A stretch of DNA of 49,594 nt, filler included, from Sphacelaria rigidula (GCA_964200075.2; 3 parts of 3 records of this genome joined end to end with filler, not necessarily neighbours in it), one strand, 5' to 3'; numbered from the whole stretch's first letter, positions 34,942 through 48,160 are shown. Made by a program: numbers and translations. Notes: generated by a model from the sequence alone, not told the origin.

Positions 34942-37900
34942 TTATGTGACTATGGCATGCAAGATCATGAGTACACCCCCCCCCTCACACACATACACTT
35001 CCTCCCGTGACCTACATCGATTCATTTTCTCATTCTCGTTATTGCTGCCTGCTGCATGCTGCTCCTGTCGCCCAGTACGACCGTCGATCGAGCGTGATCT
35101 CTTTCGACAAGGACCCCAATGGCCGAGAGGTGAGGTGCCTCTCACTCATCTATTTCACTTTCCTGTTTCTATACCTCTTTATTTCATCAGACGTTTACTT
35201 TGGCCAAGGCTTTCCTCGGGAGCGGTTTCTGGAAAATGATTATACGGTATGGTATTCGATTTTCGCGGCTACTCAGATCCACGGTGTTTGGTACCTGTAC
35301 AGTGCGGTACGTAGTGTACGGTATTTTGTTATCGTGGATTCTACGATTCCTCGGTGTCTGGTATTACGAAAGTACGGTACAGACGACGGTACCGGACCGA
35401 ACGAATGCGGTGCCCACGCGGTTCAACACTAACATCGCGGGAGCTGCGAAAATCCGGAACCACGGTACCCGGTCACGGAAAATCATGGTAGTTGGTATGC
35501 TGCACTGTATGTATGCGTTTATTTTTTCATTTTTCTTGAAGGAAGGAAACAATCTCACTCAACACCCACCCCGCTGATGGTTCGTGTGCCGATTGCCCGG
35601 GATATACATTTTCAATCGACGAATGTATTGCGGCCTCAATAGTCATCGTCCAGACGCAGAAAGCAACTCTGAAAAAATACGACCAAAACAAATCAAGCGC
35701 GTCAAAGAGAACCAATCTATTGTAGCATTCATTTCGTTGTATTTAAAATGACAAATTCCACATCACAGGTTGAAACAGATGAGAAAACAAGCGCAAGTGA
35801 ATCAACCGGTGATCGTAACCAAAACAGGAAACAGCGAGAATACGCGGACCAATCGAAGCGAGAAATACGGTAACTTCCAGAGACAGCCAAGGGTTCCACA
35901 CTGCCTCAATGGGGCCTCACCATGGCCCCGGGGGGTGGGGGGGAGGGATGGCTCCTGGAAGAAAAGTTACACAGAACGCTCCCTTGCATCTACCGAAACT
36001 ACTGGCATGATTTGCAAAGTATCGACAGTGCCAACGTCACCTATCTTACGAAGCTAAAAACTTGAAACGATGTCATGGACTCATCTCCTATCACCGCACC
36101 GAATACCAAGTATCACGCCCTGCAGTAATACTTTAATCGACGTGTGAGTGTTTTGTACGGGGGATGCATATCGTCTGCGTGCACAACTCGTGACGTAGTT
36201 GGAGCCAATCTCGAACCTACCCACAGAAAGCAGCGGATAAAGTCGTGCCAACAAAGGTAGCCTTGGCCAGCTAGTCTAAGTGGTTGTGAGACTTTCTGGG
36301 AGCGCTAGGCAGGAAGCTCACTCGGAATTGGGTCGTAATCGTAACGCGACACCATGAAACAATGCCCGTCTTCAACATGAAAAAGAGCAAATCCTCACAA
36401 AATGGTCGCGCTTCGGAATGCGGTTCTGAGTGCTCTCCGGTGCCTATCCGAAAGTCTAGGTGGTTTTCGAGTGTTCCTCAACTCTCCATCTACACAATGG
36501 CACCTCTATTTGCGGTTGGTAGATCAATTTTTCCTCTTGGCTTTTGGCTTAAACACGATCGACTAATGCAGCCGAAACGTGGAGTCATTGACTTTCAGTG
36601 TACGTGCGGGAGGACTGGTCAACACTTTTGACCGCGGATCTGGACGCATGTGTTACATATTTTTGTTAGATCGTACCGACCGCAACAGGGTTTGTTCGCA
36701 ATTGAAAGTACAATGAAGAAAAAATGCACGGCCAGGGTTCGGATCCGTGGCCGTGGCATCGTGTGTACACCAGTTGTACCTCCAAGCCACACAATATAAT
36801 ATAAACAAGTTCTCATGTGGGATCTATATTTTCGCTGTAGTCATTGTAGTTCACGGTACGAACGATACGGTTGTTGTTGTTGATGATGTTGTTGTCTTCA
36901 CATTACAACCGTTCCGATATCTGCGCAGCACTCTGTACTGGGCATCTGATGCGGATGCCTTCCGTGGGTGGTCACCGGCTAGTAACCCCAAATAAGGTAA
37001 AAGCGAATAAAAAAATTAAATCGAACCCAGAAAATTCACATAGACGCGATACGAAAAAAATAAACAAGTAAAACAAGAAAAACCGCTGACGTCATCAGTT
37101 CCGGTGCTGCAGGCGGCCATTCGGCCTGCGGGAGGCAGGAGGCAGGGCCCAATGGTCTCCTCAACCCGCGAGGTCAAACAGAAATGGCGCCAAACTTGGG
37201 AACCAACATCACCAACCATAGCGATAAGAATCGCAGGGCTCCATCCTTATCCCCCTAGAGGGACAACCATATGTACGAATATACTAGGCGTGACAAGGAA
37301 AGCACCCCACAACAACACACCACCTCGAGGGAGGGGCACATGGTAGGAAACAGTTTGTAGGTACAAGGAAGATATGGGGATATTTGTTCAGTTCGGTACA
37401 AGTTTGCTACACTTTCTTTCATGTCCTTCCTGCTCTCCTCGGCCGCTCTGTTATCTTCCACTTTTACACTTTCACCTTGCTTCGCTCATTCCCCTGTTGT
37501 TCCTCTCACTCCTCTGAGCCATCGTCACTCCTGCAGTGATTCTGTTCCCGTTTAATCGCACGTATTCGGCTGGCCTTCTCGTCGTTTTTGTGCTCAACGG
37601 TCATAAATCTCTCCGCTCCCTGCAGTACCCCCGCGTGCCACGTTTTCCCCCCTTCCTTCTTTGCTTCTGAGGGCCAGAGGATACTTCCAACTCCGAACGT
37701 CTGTCGGTTGTCGTCCGTGGAGCCGTTCATGGCTCCGAAAACTTGAAGATCGTTCCTCCGGCACTTCAGCCAGTTCTGCTGCGGGCACCCTGGTCCTGAA
37801 TCTCCCCTCCACCCCCACCCCCCACGATCGTTCCGAATGCCAGTCGCTTCGGTAGTTGTCCGTCCGGTTATTGAGCCAGGGCTTCCGCGAACAGCAGTCA

Positions 37901-38465
37901 CCGTTACCGGACAATGGCTTCAGCACGTTAGCATCCGGTCTTCTTGAGGGCCTGGGCGTGAAATAACTGTCGTTATGTGCCACGCACGCGACAGAGCCCA
38001 ATAACTCGCAGGAGGAACAGGTATTGTACCGTCCTCAGCAACCGGTAGTACTCGCGGCGCGGGGTCCACGTCATGCATCCGTACCGTAGGGCCTCCATCG
38101 CCTCCGCCTTCAGCAGTCGTACCTTGAGTCTCCACGGTGCATTCGGTCGGTCAAATAGCTCCGGAGAAGTCTTTCTGGTGCACGCACGGTACAGTATTTC
38201 ACAGCAATAGAATCATGCTTTTGCGATATCCTGGTACGGAACGGCGCTGGACTCGACACATTTGTGCGAAACTGCTGTTAAGTTCCATATAACGCAGCAA
38301 ACCGCGGGAGAAGGCCCGAGGGAAGTCTTGCTCTTAATCCACCCTCTTCCTCCTTCCTTTTCTTCGGACGAGTCCGTCCTCTCGAGGATTATCCCATCTC
38401 TTCCCGGTACGTGTCTGACATTATGGCATATACATGACTATATCATACATGTGTATGTTTTGGCC

Positions 38466-38555
38466 CACCCCAGTTGGTCTAGCTGGCACATCTCGAAATC
38501 AAGTATTTTCGTAGAGCGGATTTCAGGATTCGAGTCCCATCGGTTCCGCTTTTTT
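38466..38555 (+). pseudogene. tRNA-like Pol III unit (pseudo-tRNA or SINE head)
   Basis: A-box-like TGGTCTAGCTGG (38475), B-box-like GATTCGAGTCC (38527) and a T6 run at 38550. Stems are poor. Confidence 0.45.
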
Positions 38556-40106
38556 GTGGAGAGGCATATCTGATTTCGGTCGTTGGAAACGTGGAGGACG
38601 TGAGTAGCGAAGGAGAGTTTTTTGCGGGAGTCGACGTGGTACGAGGATACTAATCCAATCCGCGTTGTTGAAACGTCGGGCACATACTTGGGGCGAAATA
38701 TGTGGATCTCTTGAGACGGAAGGCTCGTCCAGGTGAAGGAACAAGCTCGAGAATTAAAAGCATGACGGGAAAACATTATACACATGTGCATTACGCACCG
38801 CGTCCTCCAAATTTCTCATCCTCAGTACATGATGGTTATCCCATGGATTCAACCTGCTTATCTCTTCTTGTGTCGAGCTAGTTTGATCGACTGGTTGATA
38901 TTTTCGCATGAGCTGGTCCGCTGAAGATCTCGGGCTAGTGATACCGGACAGACAGACGTTCGCACGTACTCGAGGTCAAACAATAAAAAACACTCGCTGA
39001 AGACTTGAATAGGAAGACGACTATAACGAAATGAAGTGAAAGCAACATGGAATATTGTCAGACCACATAATGTTCAAGTATAAAACAAAGAGCAAACAGT
39101 TGAGACTGGAGAGACGGATGCTCTGGACTCAGAAGGGTCCCGGGAAGAAATAAAAAGGAATGTCCTCAACGCCTCTGTCCGTGCGTGTTCCTAGCTATTG
39201 CTGGACATATATATGCACGATGTACAACAACTACGGGTGAACGGTCAGGATTTCATGTCGCGATCCATTGTGCATGTGCATGTGTGGTGCTAAGATGTAC
39301 TTTGAACTTGAAGTACAGTATACGTGTTTTTCCTCGATCGTTCGTGACGCATGTCTCCAGTTGCAGTTGGTTGCGTCGTATTTTGGAATAAGAACATATG
39401 AACAACCAAGGACCAAATGGTTGGAGCAGTAACGTTTCTATTCCATGTCGCATGTTTCGGTACGTGGTTGCCTTCTGTTTTCGTTGTGCCATCGTCCATA
39501 TATGATACTCAATTAGATATGAAAGCACGCTACAAACAGCGTCTGTCTCGTGCTGTATAGAGACCAAACTTGTCGAGCATCTCTCCATCGACCGGGCATA
39601 TCATTCATCTACTCCAAGTTTTGGTTGTTACTCTGTGTGGGCCATGTCCGAGGTCTGTGCCGCAGAATTTTGGCATGCAATAGATTCAATATGTGCAATC
39701 CATCGATCTGTACGTACTTTGTACAGTACCGGTCTCTACATATACCGTGGACGACACCGCTACGACGGGGATCCCGTCACAGCACGGGGTTCTAAAATGC
39801 GAGGTCCCGCTGTAGTTCGGCCAAATCACTTGTCACGGATCCGACCCGCTGTACCATAATAAAGCAACTGCACTGTATCAGTATATTACACGGTCCCGGC
39901 ATAGTGCAGTCATGCCGACTGGCGATTCATTGCACTACACTGGGACCATCAATGCACGTTGTATACCACCCTCGTGGTTAAAACTCCCCCTATCAACATG
40001 AGAACGCTCCCCCCCCTATCCACCACCCTGGACAAGACGTTTGGAGTCGCCCAAAATCATCATCCGGAGGTTGTGTACACTGTCGTCTATGCCATAAGTA
40101 TGCATT

Positions 40107-40468
40107 TGTGGAAGACATCTCTTTGCAGTGACATCTGAGATTGATGCCACACATGTATGAAGAACCAGGGCATGCAGGTACAAGGTAGGGACAGTCCGAA
40201 AAGACCAGATGACCGAGACCCCGTAATGCCAACGAAAGTAGACAACTCGGGGTGATGTCAGAGGTAGCCGGATCTCAGAATGACCCTGCATCTCCCGAGG
40301 AGCTGGTCATCCCACGGTGATAACATTCACGTCTGACCTACTTATTTTCTACATATCACCAGAGAAAATCGTCGCCAGCCTCGGAGTTTCTTCGGCATCA
40401 GGACGACATGTCCAAGGACAGTCTCCCCCGTAGGTCTCTGTCTACCCTAGCGATACGCCTTCCTCATA
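40107..40468 (+). repeat. Gypsy 5' LTR (362 bp)
   Basis: TGTGGAAGACATCTC...CGCCTTCCTCATA. Confidence 0.92.
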
Positions 40469-40535
40469 TTGGCGACACCAGAAAATACCTCAGGCAAGAC
40501 AGGCCGTAGAAGTAAAAAACAATACTGAGAACCGA

Positions 40536-42140
40536 TTGCTCCGACGCCAGGGACACCAGGGTTCTCCAAGGAACGCTACAGCAGATCATGCAGCTCTTCG
40601 ATGTCTACATGCAATGCAAGATACGAACCCATTTACCCGTTGGATAATCGCTTCACAATCATATGTCTTCATGGTCAGAGACAAACCGGGGAAACTTCAT
40701 GTCATTTCGGACATCCTCTCATGACAACACCAGTTTCAGATATCAGCTGGGAAGCTCGACAGTTAAAAGCCGGTACAAAATAACAGAGAGTTGTTCCCCG
40801 TGAAAGCAGTATGCGTAAGCGCTTCGAACGTCATGTCAGTCGACCGCGAAAACTGCAAAAACAGCAAGCACAGGAGTACGCACACTGTGTCGGGGTTGCC
40901 AACGCCGAAACACGGTCCACAACCGGCAAAAATTGTCAATAGGACACGTTCCAGTAAAACGTCAATGCGAAAGAGTGTCGGTAGACCTTGTCGAATACAA
41001 AACAGCTTCGATGTCAAATGCTCGAGTACTATGTAAATATGTACTGTCCGTAATGGGCCACCTCACATGGTATGCTTTGCTCATTCCGATGCGGAGTGTA
41101 CTGGCACGTCGGTAGCCAAAACTCTTGTTGATAGAGTGTTTACTACATTCGGCATCCCGGAAAAGCTGCATTCCGACCAAGGAGTCGAATTTGAAAACAA
41201 GTTAATATACGCATTGTAACAAGAGCTGGATTTCAATAAAAACCGCACGACGCCGTTACGCCCGCAAGGTAATTCAGTGTCGAAAAGAGTCCACTCCACT
41301 ATGCACGCGATGTTAGCTATGCATATCCCAGTTGGAAACAAAATCTGGGCATCTATGCTTCCATTCATACAAATGGCGTACAACACATCCTACCACCATA
41401 CTGTGCAAGATACACCGTTCTTCTTACTGTTCGGAAGACAGCCCGGATTACCGATTGACATCATCCTCGGCATACAAGCAGCAACAGCCGAAGAATTTTT
41501 CAAAGAAACACGGGAAAACTTACAGTTGGAATTTGAACTTTCGAGACAAGCTCTACGAGAAAGAGCAAATGAGCAAGAAAACAAGAACACCGAATCAACG
41601 TCGTTCCCAGTGTTCAAACCCGGTCAAAAGGTACTCCTTTATCGACCATACCAGGACTCAGAAGGGCCGAACCCGAAATTCCAGTTACCACAGAGAGGAC
41701 CTTTCACCACAACTGAGAGACGATCGCCGGTTGTTTACAGAATCAAAAGAGGCGATGATTTCACAGAAGTGTCAGTACATATCGCTCACCTGGAGAAATA
41801 TCACCCTAAACAGACACCACCAGCAACAGATTTCGATAAGTCGAGCGAGTTGTTCCTAGGCAAACGGATACCTCTACCAGAGATAGACCAACTTGACGAA
41901 GCGCCGCCTAAAATAGAGCGTTACGTTGTGGAAAAAGAAGTGGGCCACGCTCCAGGACCAGGCCGGAGAAGGGTTTATGACTATGAGTATCGGTTGAGAC
42001 TCAAAAGCTACGGCTCAGCAGCCGACCAAGCCTACAGAGCTGATGAAGTACCACAATGCAAACATTTCATCGATGAATATCGTCATGGCAATGGGTTAGC
42101 AGAATGCTCACGTCCAGATCCATTATCGAAAAATACCTGA
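40536..42140 (+). pseudogene. Gypsy pol relic: RNase H C-terminus, integrase core and chromodomain-like tail
   Basis: ADHAALRCL..RW..QSY..KPGKLHVISDILS; RVSVDLVEY; FGIPEKLHSDQGVEF; RPQGNSVSKRVH (third catalytic E appears replaced by K); AYNTSYH..TPFFLLFGR; RYVVEKEVGH..YRLRLKSYG..D..CKHFIDEY. Stops and frameshifts occur upstream of 41277. Confidence 0.9.
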
Positions 42141-42364
42141 GAACGGAAACGGAAGTGACTGTTCAACAGACTGTTAGAGCGTCCTAGCAAAACTTTGAAG
42201 GGTTAAGCAGTAGCCTAGGGTTACAAATCTGAAATCACTTAGAATTACACATGAAACGACCTTAGACCAATGCAGACATCGACGGAATAACACCCGACAT
42301 GTGAGCGGTGACGGGGGTACAACTTTCCAAGGAAGAAAGCCTCTTAGCAACGGGGGTAGTTGCT

Positions 42365-42912
42365 GACAAGAAGCAAGCAAGGGTTATTCCGACGATGTTT
42401 CGCCCAAAGAGCACAATGCTCACAGGACAAAAACGTCATGATCACCGCTTTGTAACTAACGCGAGCACTTTGTCCTACTCCGGTGTCAGCGGAACCAAAG
42501 GCATCCCAGAACCCGAGTATAAATAACCCAGGCGTCCGTAGACCGAACAGCGTCCTAGTGCCCAGTCATGTATAACCAACTGATGCAGCTAGCACCAAAG
42601 TGCAAATACATCTAATGGAAATATGTCACACATGACACAAAATGACAAGAAGCAAGGGTCATTTCGACGGTGTTTGCCAAAATAGCACAACGCTCACAGG
42701 ATGAACGCATCATACCCATCGCTTTGTTGCTAACGCGAGGACTGTATGCTACTCCGGTGTCAGTGGAACCGAAGGCATCCCAGAACCCGTGCGTGAATAA
42801 CCCAAGCGCCCGTGGACCAAACAGCGTCCTGGTACCCAGTCATGCATAAACGGCACATGCAACCAGCTTTGAAGTGCAAATGTATCAAATGGAAATATGT
42901 TACACATGACAC
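42365..42912 (+). repeat. ~275-bp tandem duplication in the Gypsy 3' non-coding region
   Basis: GACAAGAAGCAAG...CTACTCCGGTGTCAG..GGCATCCCAGAACCCG...GGAAATATGT(C/T)ACACATGACACA at 42365 and 42644. Confidence 0.9.
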
Positions 42913-43175
42913 AGTTGCATGACAGAGAATACCGAAATCAAAGGGTTTTGCAACGCATGCATGTTAACGATCACAGGCAGGTAAACTTTACTGGAGGTGT
43001 TTGATCAATGCCACAGCATAGAGAAGGGCTGCCTTTGCGATGAGCGATGGCGTGACTCGTTCAATTATTATCAGTCAAAGAAACTTCCACGATTATATCA
43101 TCAGCGAAGCTGATGATCGCCTTGTCCCACTAGCCACGGTCCTGATGGGCTTGAGGCGCATAAAGGGGGAGGAAA

Positions 43176-43543
43176 TGTGGAAGACATCTCTTTGCAGTGA
43201 CATCTCAGAGATTGATGCCATACATATATGAAGAACCAGCGCATGCAGGTACAAGGTAGGTAGGGACAGTCCGGAATGACCAGATTACCGAGACCCCGTA
43301 ATGCCAACGAAAGTAGACAACTCGAGGTGATGCCAGAGAGAGCCGGATCTCAGGGCGGCCCTGTATCTCCCGAGGAGGTGGTCACCCCACGGCGATCACA
43401 TTCACGTCTGACCCACTTCTTGTCTACACATCATAAGAGGAAATCATCGCCAGCCTCGGAGTTTCTTCGGCATCAGGACGACATGTCCAAGAACAGTCTC
43501 CCCCGTAGGTCTCTGTCTACCCTAGCGATACGCCTTCCTCACA
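43176..43543 (+). repeat. Gypsy 3' LTR (368 bp)
   Basis: TGTGGAAGACATCTC...CGCCTTCCTCACA. Confidence 0.92.
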
Positions 43544-43829
43544 CATTGATACTTTTTATTTCAACTAGAATATACCTCGAAATGTTTTTACCTTGACCGC
43601 TTGGGAGTGAAAGTTTACTTACGAATGCCATGATGTCGCTCGTCGGCTAATGCCTCTTTTTTCTTGTTGTTTGTACCGAGATGTCGTGTTGTTTTTGTGC
43701 TGTTGTTCGTTCTTCTTGTTTTTCGTTGGTCCATCGCTTTTTCTTCGTCGACCAATGATTTTCACTCGCTTTTTTTAACATATTTTCCCCCTTGTTGTCG
43801 TTTTGGTGACATTTGATTATTATCCTCAG

Positions 43830-43904
43830 ATGTTCTTGGGTAATCTCCCCCTGAGTGTGACTCAAGCAGCGCTTGTACCATTGTTGACTCTGAACGGAGG
43901 AGAG
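43830..43904 (+). CDS. RRM RNA-binding protein, exon A (RRM1 RNP2)
   Basis: T-rich tract, CAG| MFLGNLPLSVTQAALVPLLTLNGGE |GTGGGT; 75 bp, phase 0/0. Confidence 0.8.
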
Positions 43905-44661
43905 GTGGGTCCGCCAAATTGATCGCGTGGAGAAAAGGACACTATCCTAATCGGATTGCATTTACAGTAAAGTAGGTAGCTTGTGTTTGTGCGATCTTGG
44001 TGTGTTAACAAAAGCATCGACCCGCGATACTATGAGAGCCAGAAACCAAATAGCGCAAAATTAAACGTTGCATCGGGTTTCGCCGTTTCGCTCGCGGATG
44101 TGTTTCTTGCGGTATAGTTACTGTATTTTCTTTCCGAAGAGTGCGTTTTGATTCATTTTTCTCGCGTGTTATCTTACAACGAAAAATATTTTCTGCTTTC
44201 CGAAAAAATATTTTTGCCCACCAAGAGACAGTATTTACACGGCCATACAGCGACCAATCCCTGTAGGGCTGGGTATTGGGACCAATATATATATATATTG
44301 GTCGTCATTAACACATCGAAGTAGATAAATATTGAAAATCAGCGATACCAATATACCAACATATTACTACCCGTGCAATGTCATTGCCCACCGAATGTGT
44401 ACATATTATGATTATTTTCCAAAAATAGATACGTCGTCGAGCTGTAGTGTGTGTAACTTGAAGTTTGGGCTAAGACTACTGTCTGTGTGCGTAACAGGCG
44501 GTCGCAGCGTGCCCTTAGCGGCAGACCAGTAGACGAGAAAGCAGAAGCACAACCGACCTCGCCGGCATTGAAGCAGTGTCTCCCAATATCGGCAGCTGCG
44601 ACAGCGAGTCCGATGATCATGCTGTGGTAGTGAGCAACCCTCAAAACTCAACAGCTGACAA

Positions 44662-45081
44662 CACGGGATCTTACAAATTGGGGATGGATCTTTTATTGGG
44701 GACGAGAAACCCGGAGAATTAAAATCTTGGTATCCACACCAAATCTTCGAAATATGGTTCCATTTTTTCAACTGCTACACGCCATAGAAATTTTGATTTC
44801 GACCACCGAAATGTTGCGGTCCTAGGTGAAAAAACAATTTCGGAATCATTTTAGCGTCCGTTCGGACACCCAAAATTCTCCAAAATTGGCTTTTCCCCTA
44901 GGACCCCAACATGTCGGTTATCGAGATTCAAATTTGTACGACGTGTGGTAGTTGTCAAAGGTTGTCAGGAGGTGAAAAAATGGAACCATATTTCGAAGAT
45001 TTGGTGTGGATACGAAGATTTTAGTTCTCCGGGTTTCTCATCTCCAATGAAAGATCCATCCCCAATTTTTGAGATTCCGTG
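44662..45081. mobile_element. Foldback MITE, copy 2 (intronic)
   Basis: CACGGGATC...GATTCCGTG termini with long inverted arms. Same core as 11037-11519. Confidence 0.85.
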
Positions 45082-46052
45082 TTCCACGCTGCGGCTAGCA
45101 GTTCCCGAATTCGACAAGTAACCCTCGGACTGCCGCAAATCACATGTCTCCCGAAATATATATATATATACATATATATTCCTTTACCAGCACACCTCAG
45201 CAAACAGTGCTCAGCACAAGGTACTCTTTTTGCACTTTTCTTCAGGCTTTTTTTTTTAGAAGAATCAATCTATGCATGCTGTTCAAGTGTTGCCCTTGGT
45301 GTGGTCAATAGAGAGCTCGATTCTGCAGAGATGAAGCCAAACCGTGGATTTCTCCAGCCTCCGGTGGGGCGGGGCGCGCACTCATTTGCGACGGGGAGGG
45401 GGTTGGGGGGTTTGACTCGGTCTTACGCCGTAGCGTGGCGGTTGCGCAGGCACACGACCAATACATGGCAGCGGCAACATGTTGGCTTTGCAAACACTTT
45501 GCGATGTATTGGTATTGGCAACCTCTTGAATGTATCAATATTGGAAAACAAGACCCGTACACAGCCCCAGATCCCATGCCAAATCAGTAGTTATGTGCTT
45601 CATTCACCCTCTGAATGTCCGAATAGTTTTTGAGAGAAGCGGAACACGTCTTACAAAATATGTTCGTCCCCGAAAAGAAGAAAGAAAACAGTCATGCCAG
45701 GTCAGACGGAATCTTAACGTGGAGCTAGCTGATGCGTATTCGTCACATTGTCACAGTCCTGGACTAGGCAGGACCGCCATCTGTTGTCTAGCGTCATGCT
45801 ACCTTCGACACGAACCTCGTTGCATCACATGTACCTTTTTTTTTTCTCACTCAGCGACGCGCTGCATGTTTTGCTCTTTCTTGTGCGTGCTTCATTGAAT
45901 GTTGTCTCTCCCGTGTGTGCTATACTTTTCACTGCTGCTGCTGTTGCTGCCGCTGTTGTCATTGCCGTTGTTATTGTTGCTGTTATGGTCTATTATCGAT
46001 GTTGTCGTGACATGGTGTCATCATTGTTTGCCGGGTTGTTGTTGCGCTTTAG

Positions 46053-46175
46053 GTGGAGCTGTTGCGTATTCAGAGATTTGACGATGACATAGGGCAATGC
46101 ACAGGAGTAGCGCTTGTTCGCTTCACCAGAAGGGCGGCCGTCCACAAAGCTATGAAGGCCATTCCCCGGTGTCGG
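46053..46175 (+). CDS. RRM protein, exon B (RRM1 RNP1 and helix 2)
   Basis: TTTAG| VELLRIQRFDDDIGQCTGVALVRFTRRAAVHKAMKAIPRCR |GTAAGT; 123 bp, phase 0/0. Confidence 0.85.
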
Positions 46176-46317
46176 GTAAGTGCAAACATAATCACGAACT
46201 GTGTCCACTCTGCCGCTTTTTGATGGGTTTCAGGGGTACTGGAGCGTGTTCCGCGGAACCGTTTGATTCCGCGCTGTTTCCAGTAGAAGAGTGATTGACA
46301 TTGTTGATAACTTGTTG

Positions 46318-46450
46318 GTAGTAGTAGTAGTAGTAGCAGCAGCAGCAGCAGCAGCAGTAGTAGCAGTAGTAGCAGTAGTAGCAGTAGTAGTTAGCAGCAG
46401 CAGTAGTAGTTGTCGTACTAGAAGTAGTGTAGTGTAGTGCAGTGCAGTGT
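46318..46450. repeat. Compound (GTA)/(GCA) and (GTAGT)-like microsatellite, intronic
   Basis: Read directly from the sequence. Confidence 0.9.
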
Positions 46451-46621
46451 AATCGTCGCAGTCGTAGGAAATTCGTAGGCTACAATGTGCGTATTGTATG
46501 CACATAGGTACGCACGTTGCTCTCATGTTATTTTGCTCTTGTTTGCTTGTGCTCGTTCAAAACAGTTTCCCTTATCGTCGCCAATAACTTCTGCCTCAAT
46601 TTTGCTTTTGCGACGTTCTAG

Positions 46622-46705
46622 ATGAACGGCAACAAACTCAGAACCCGAGCTTCCACCGCGGACAACACCCTGTTCATTGCAAACCTTGAGTACAATTGGG
46701 AAGAG
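46622..46705 (+). CDS. RRM protein, exon C (RRM1 end, linker, RRM2 RNP2)
   Basis: Pyrimidine tract, CTAG| MNGNKLRTRASTADNTLFIANLEYNWEE |GTGAG; 84 bp, phase 0/0. Confidence 0.85.
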
Positions 46706-47249
46706 GTGAGAGTTGGATTTATCATATATGCATAGATATTGCGCACAGTAGGTGGGTTCATGTGTGGGTTTGTGAAGAGAATGCTTGATCCTGATACCTC
46801 ATTCATAGATACGTACTCTATATAGGCCATGGTACTGTTCTTCCGTGAACCCGATACATTAATCCTAGATATCGGCATTTTAGGTGCACCAGAAAAACGT
46901 ACTTAATGTGGCTCGAATATGTGGTCCTTTCTCACTACTGTACTGTGTGTTTTAGTCCGTTCAGTACGTCAATTAAGCGAGATGTGCTGGGCTATGGTAC
47001 CTCGAGCTCTTGGACGATTAACCAGGAGGTCATGATATTGATGGAAGATGGAATTCAACGCAGACTCAAGCGTTCGTTCACTTTTACTTTCTGATACCTT
47101 CTTTGTGGAACTGTCGAGACCTCACAGTGGACAGTGTTTTTTCTGACGTTATTTCGGCTGATCGTTTTGTCCACCTGTCGAAGAATCTAAATTATAGACT
47201 GCTGTCTGCGCTCAATACCTTTATTTATTATTATTATTGGTCATATAGT

Positions 47250-47590
47250 CCGCCGCGCAGTGGAGGTCCAATGGTACAAGCGACAGTGACATCATTGGGT
47301 CTGGCAGGACGCAGGATCGATTCCCGTCAGATGAGCCTAATGTGACTTTTTCAACAGAAGTATCCGACGTGTGTCGTTGAAAACATGAGGATATGAGTAG
47401 CAAAACGAGTGTATTCGACTGAGTTCTATGTTGTAGTCGACGCGGTGCGGGAGTTCTGATGGTCATGATCCAATCCGAGACACCAAAGTATAAGGCGTGC
47501 ACCGCGGGAGAGATGAGCTGATCTCCCGAAACCACGGACTCGTGCCGAGGAGGGGAAAGGGTTAAGGGTAAGAACAATAAAGTTAAAAAG
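47250..47590 (+). mobile_element. tRNA-headed SINE-like element, near full-length intronic copy
   Basis: TGGAGGTCCAATGG (47261), GGATCGATTCCC (47314), GTCGACGCGGTGCGGGAGT, the conserved tail and an A-rich end. Confidence 0.65.
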
Positions 47591-47592
47591 GT

Positions 47593-47690
47593 CTACCCTT
47601 CCCATTTCTCGGGACGACCCCGTAGTCTCAAGGGATCAGCTAATCTTTCCCCCTGTACACGCTTGATGTTTGGTATTGCTGATTCGATCA
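47593..47690 (-). mobile_element. Inverted 3' fragment of the same SINE family
   Basis: Reverse complement ATGATCGAATC..ACCAAA..GCGTGTACAGGGGGAAAGATTAGCTGATCCCTTGAGACTACGGGGTCGTCCCGAG aligns to 47465-47562. Confidence 0.7.
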
Positions 47691-48160
47691 TATATATATA
47701 TATATATATATACAAGGTTCCCCTTCGGGAGGTTGGTACTGGCCTCCCGGGGGTGGCGCAAGTCGAAGATATATCAGTGTTATTCATTTTCCATATTATG
47801 GAGGCATTTGTGTGGGAGAATATGTACCTTCCAGTATATACTGTCAATTTCCACAGTTTCAATTGTCTCAGACCAAGAGTGGAGATCATCACGGGAAGAG
47901 GGGCGGGCACTTCCATCATGAAAAGCTCGCTTCACGGGCGGTGTGCGGAGGTGGAAAAAGCACCATCACGCACGAGACCCGTCACAGCACACATAGCAAG
48001 TGATCGCTACTGAAAAAAAGTCGCGTCCCGGTAGTACACGGCGCACTTGGTCAGGGTTCTCTACATGCCGGCCCCACCCCGCGCGCACGGATTTCAAATC
48101 ACACTCGGCTAAAGAGATATACGTAAACAATGATTGATACTCGATTTTACTTCATTGCAG

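Larger units (their letters stand above)
40107..43543 (+). mobile_element. Ty3/Gypsy LTR retrotransposon with chromodomain-like integrase tail, internally deleted
   Basis: LTRs at 40107-40468 and 43176-43543, 4-bp TSD CATT (40103-40106 and 43544-43547), PBS TGGCGACACCAG (40470) and PPT AAAGGGGGAGGAAA (43162-43175). RNase H precedes integrase, which is the Gypsy order. Confidence 0.93.

Noticed and set aside
37400-38135. GC-rich minus-strand ORFs resembling low-complexity algal exon sequence
   Set aside because: Multiple frame changes are needed and no domain was found; at best an unidentifiable pseudo-exon.
45180-45365. NRGF motif as RRM RNP1 (plus strand) or a kinase subdomain XI-like string (minus strand)
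   Set aside because: Exon 46053-46175 already supplies RNP1 in phase, and the minus-strand reading contains several stops.
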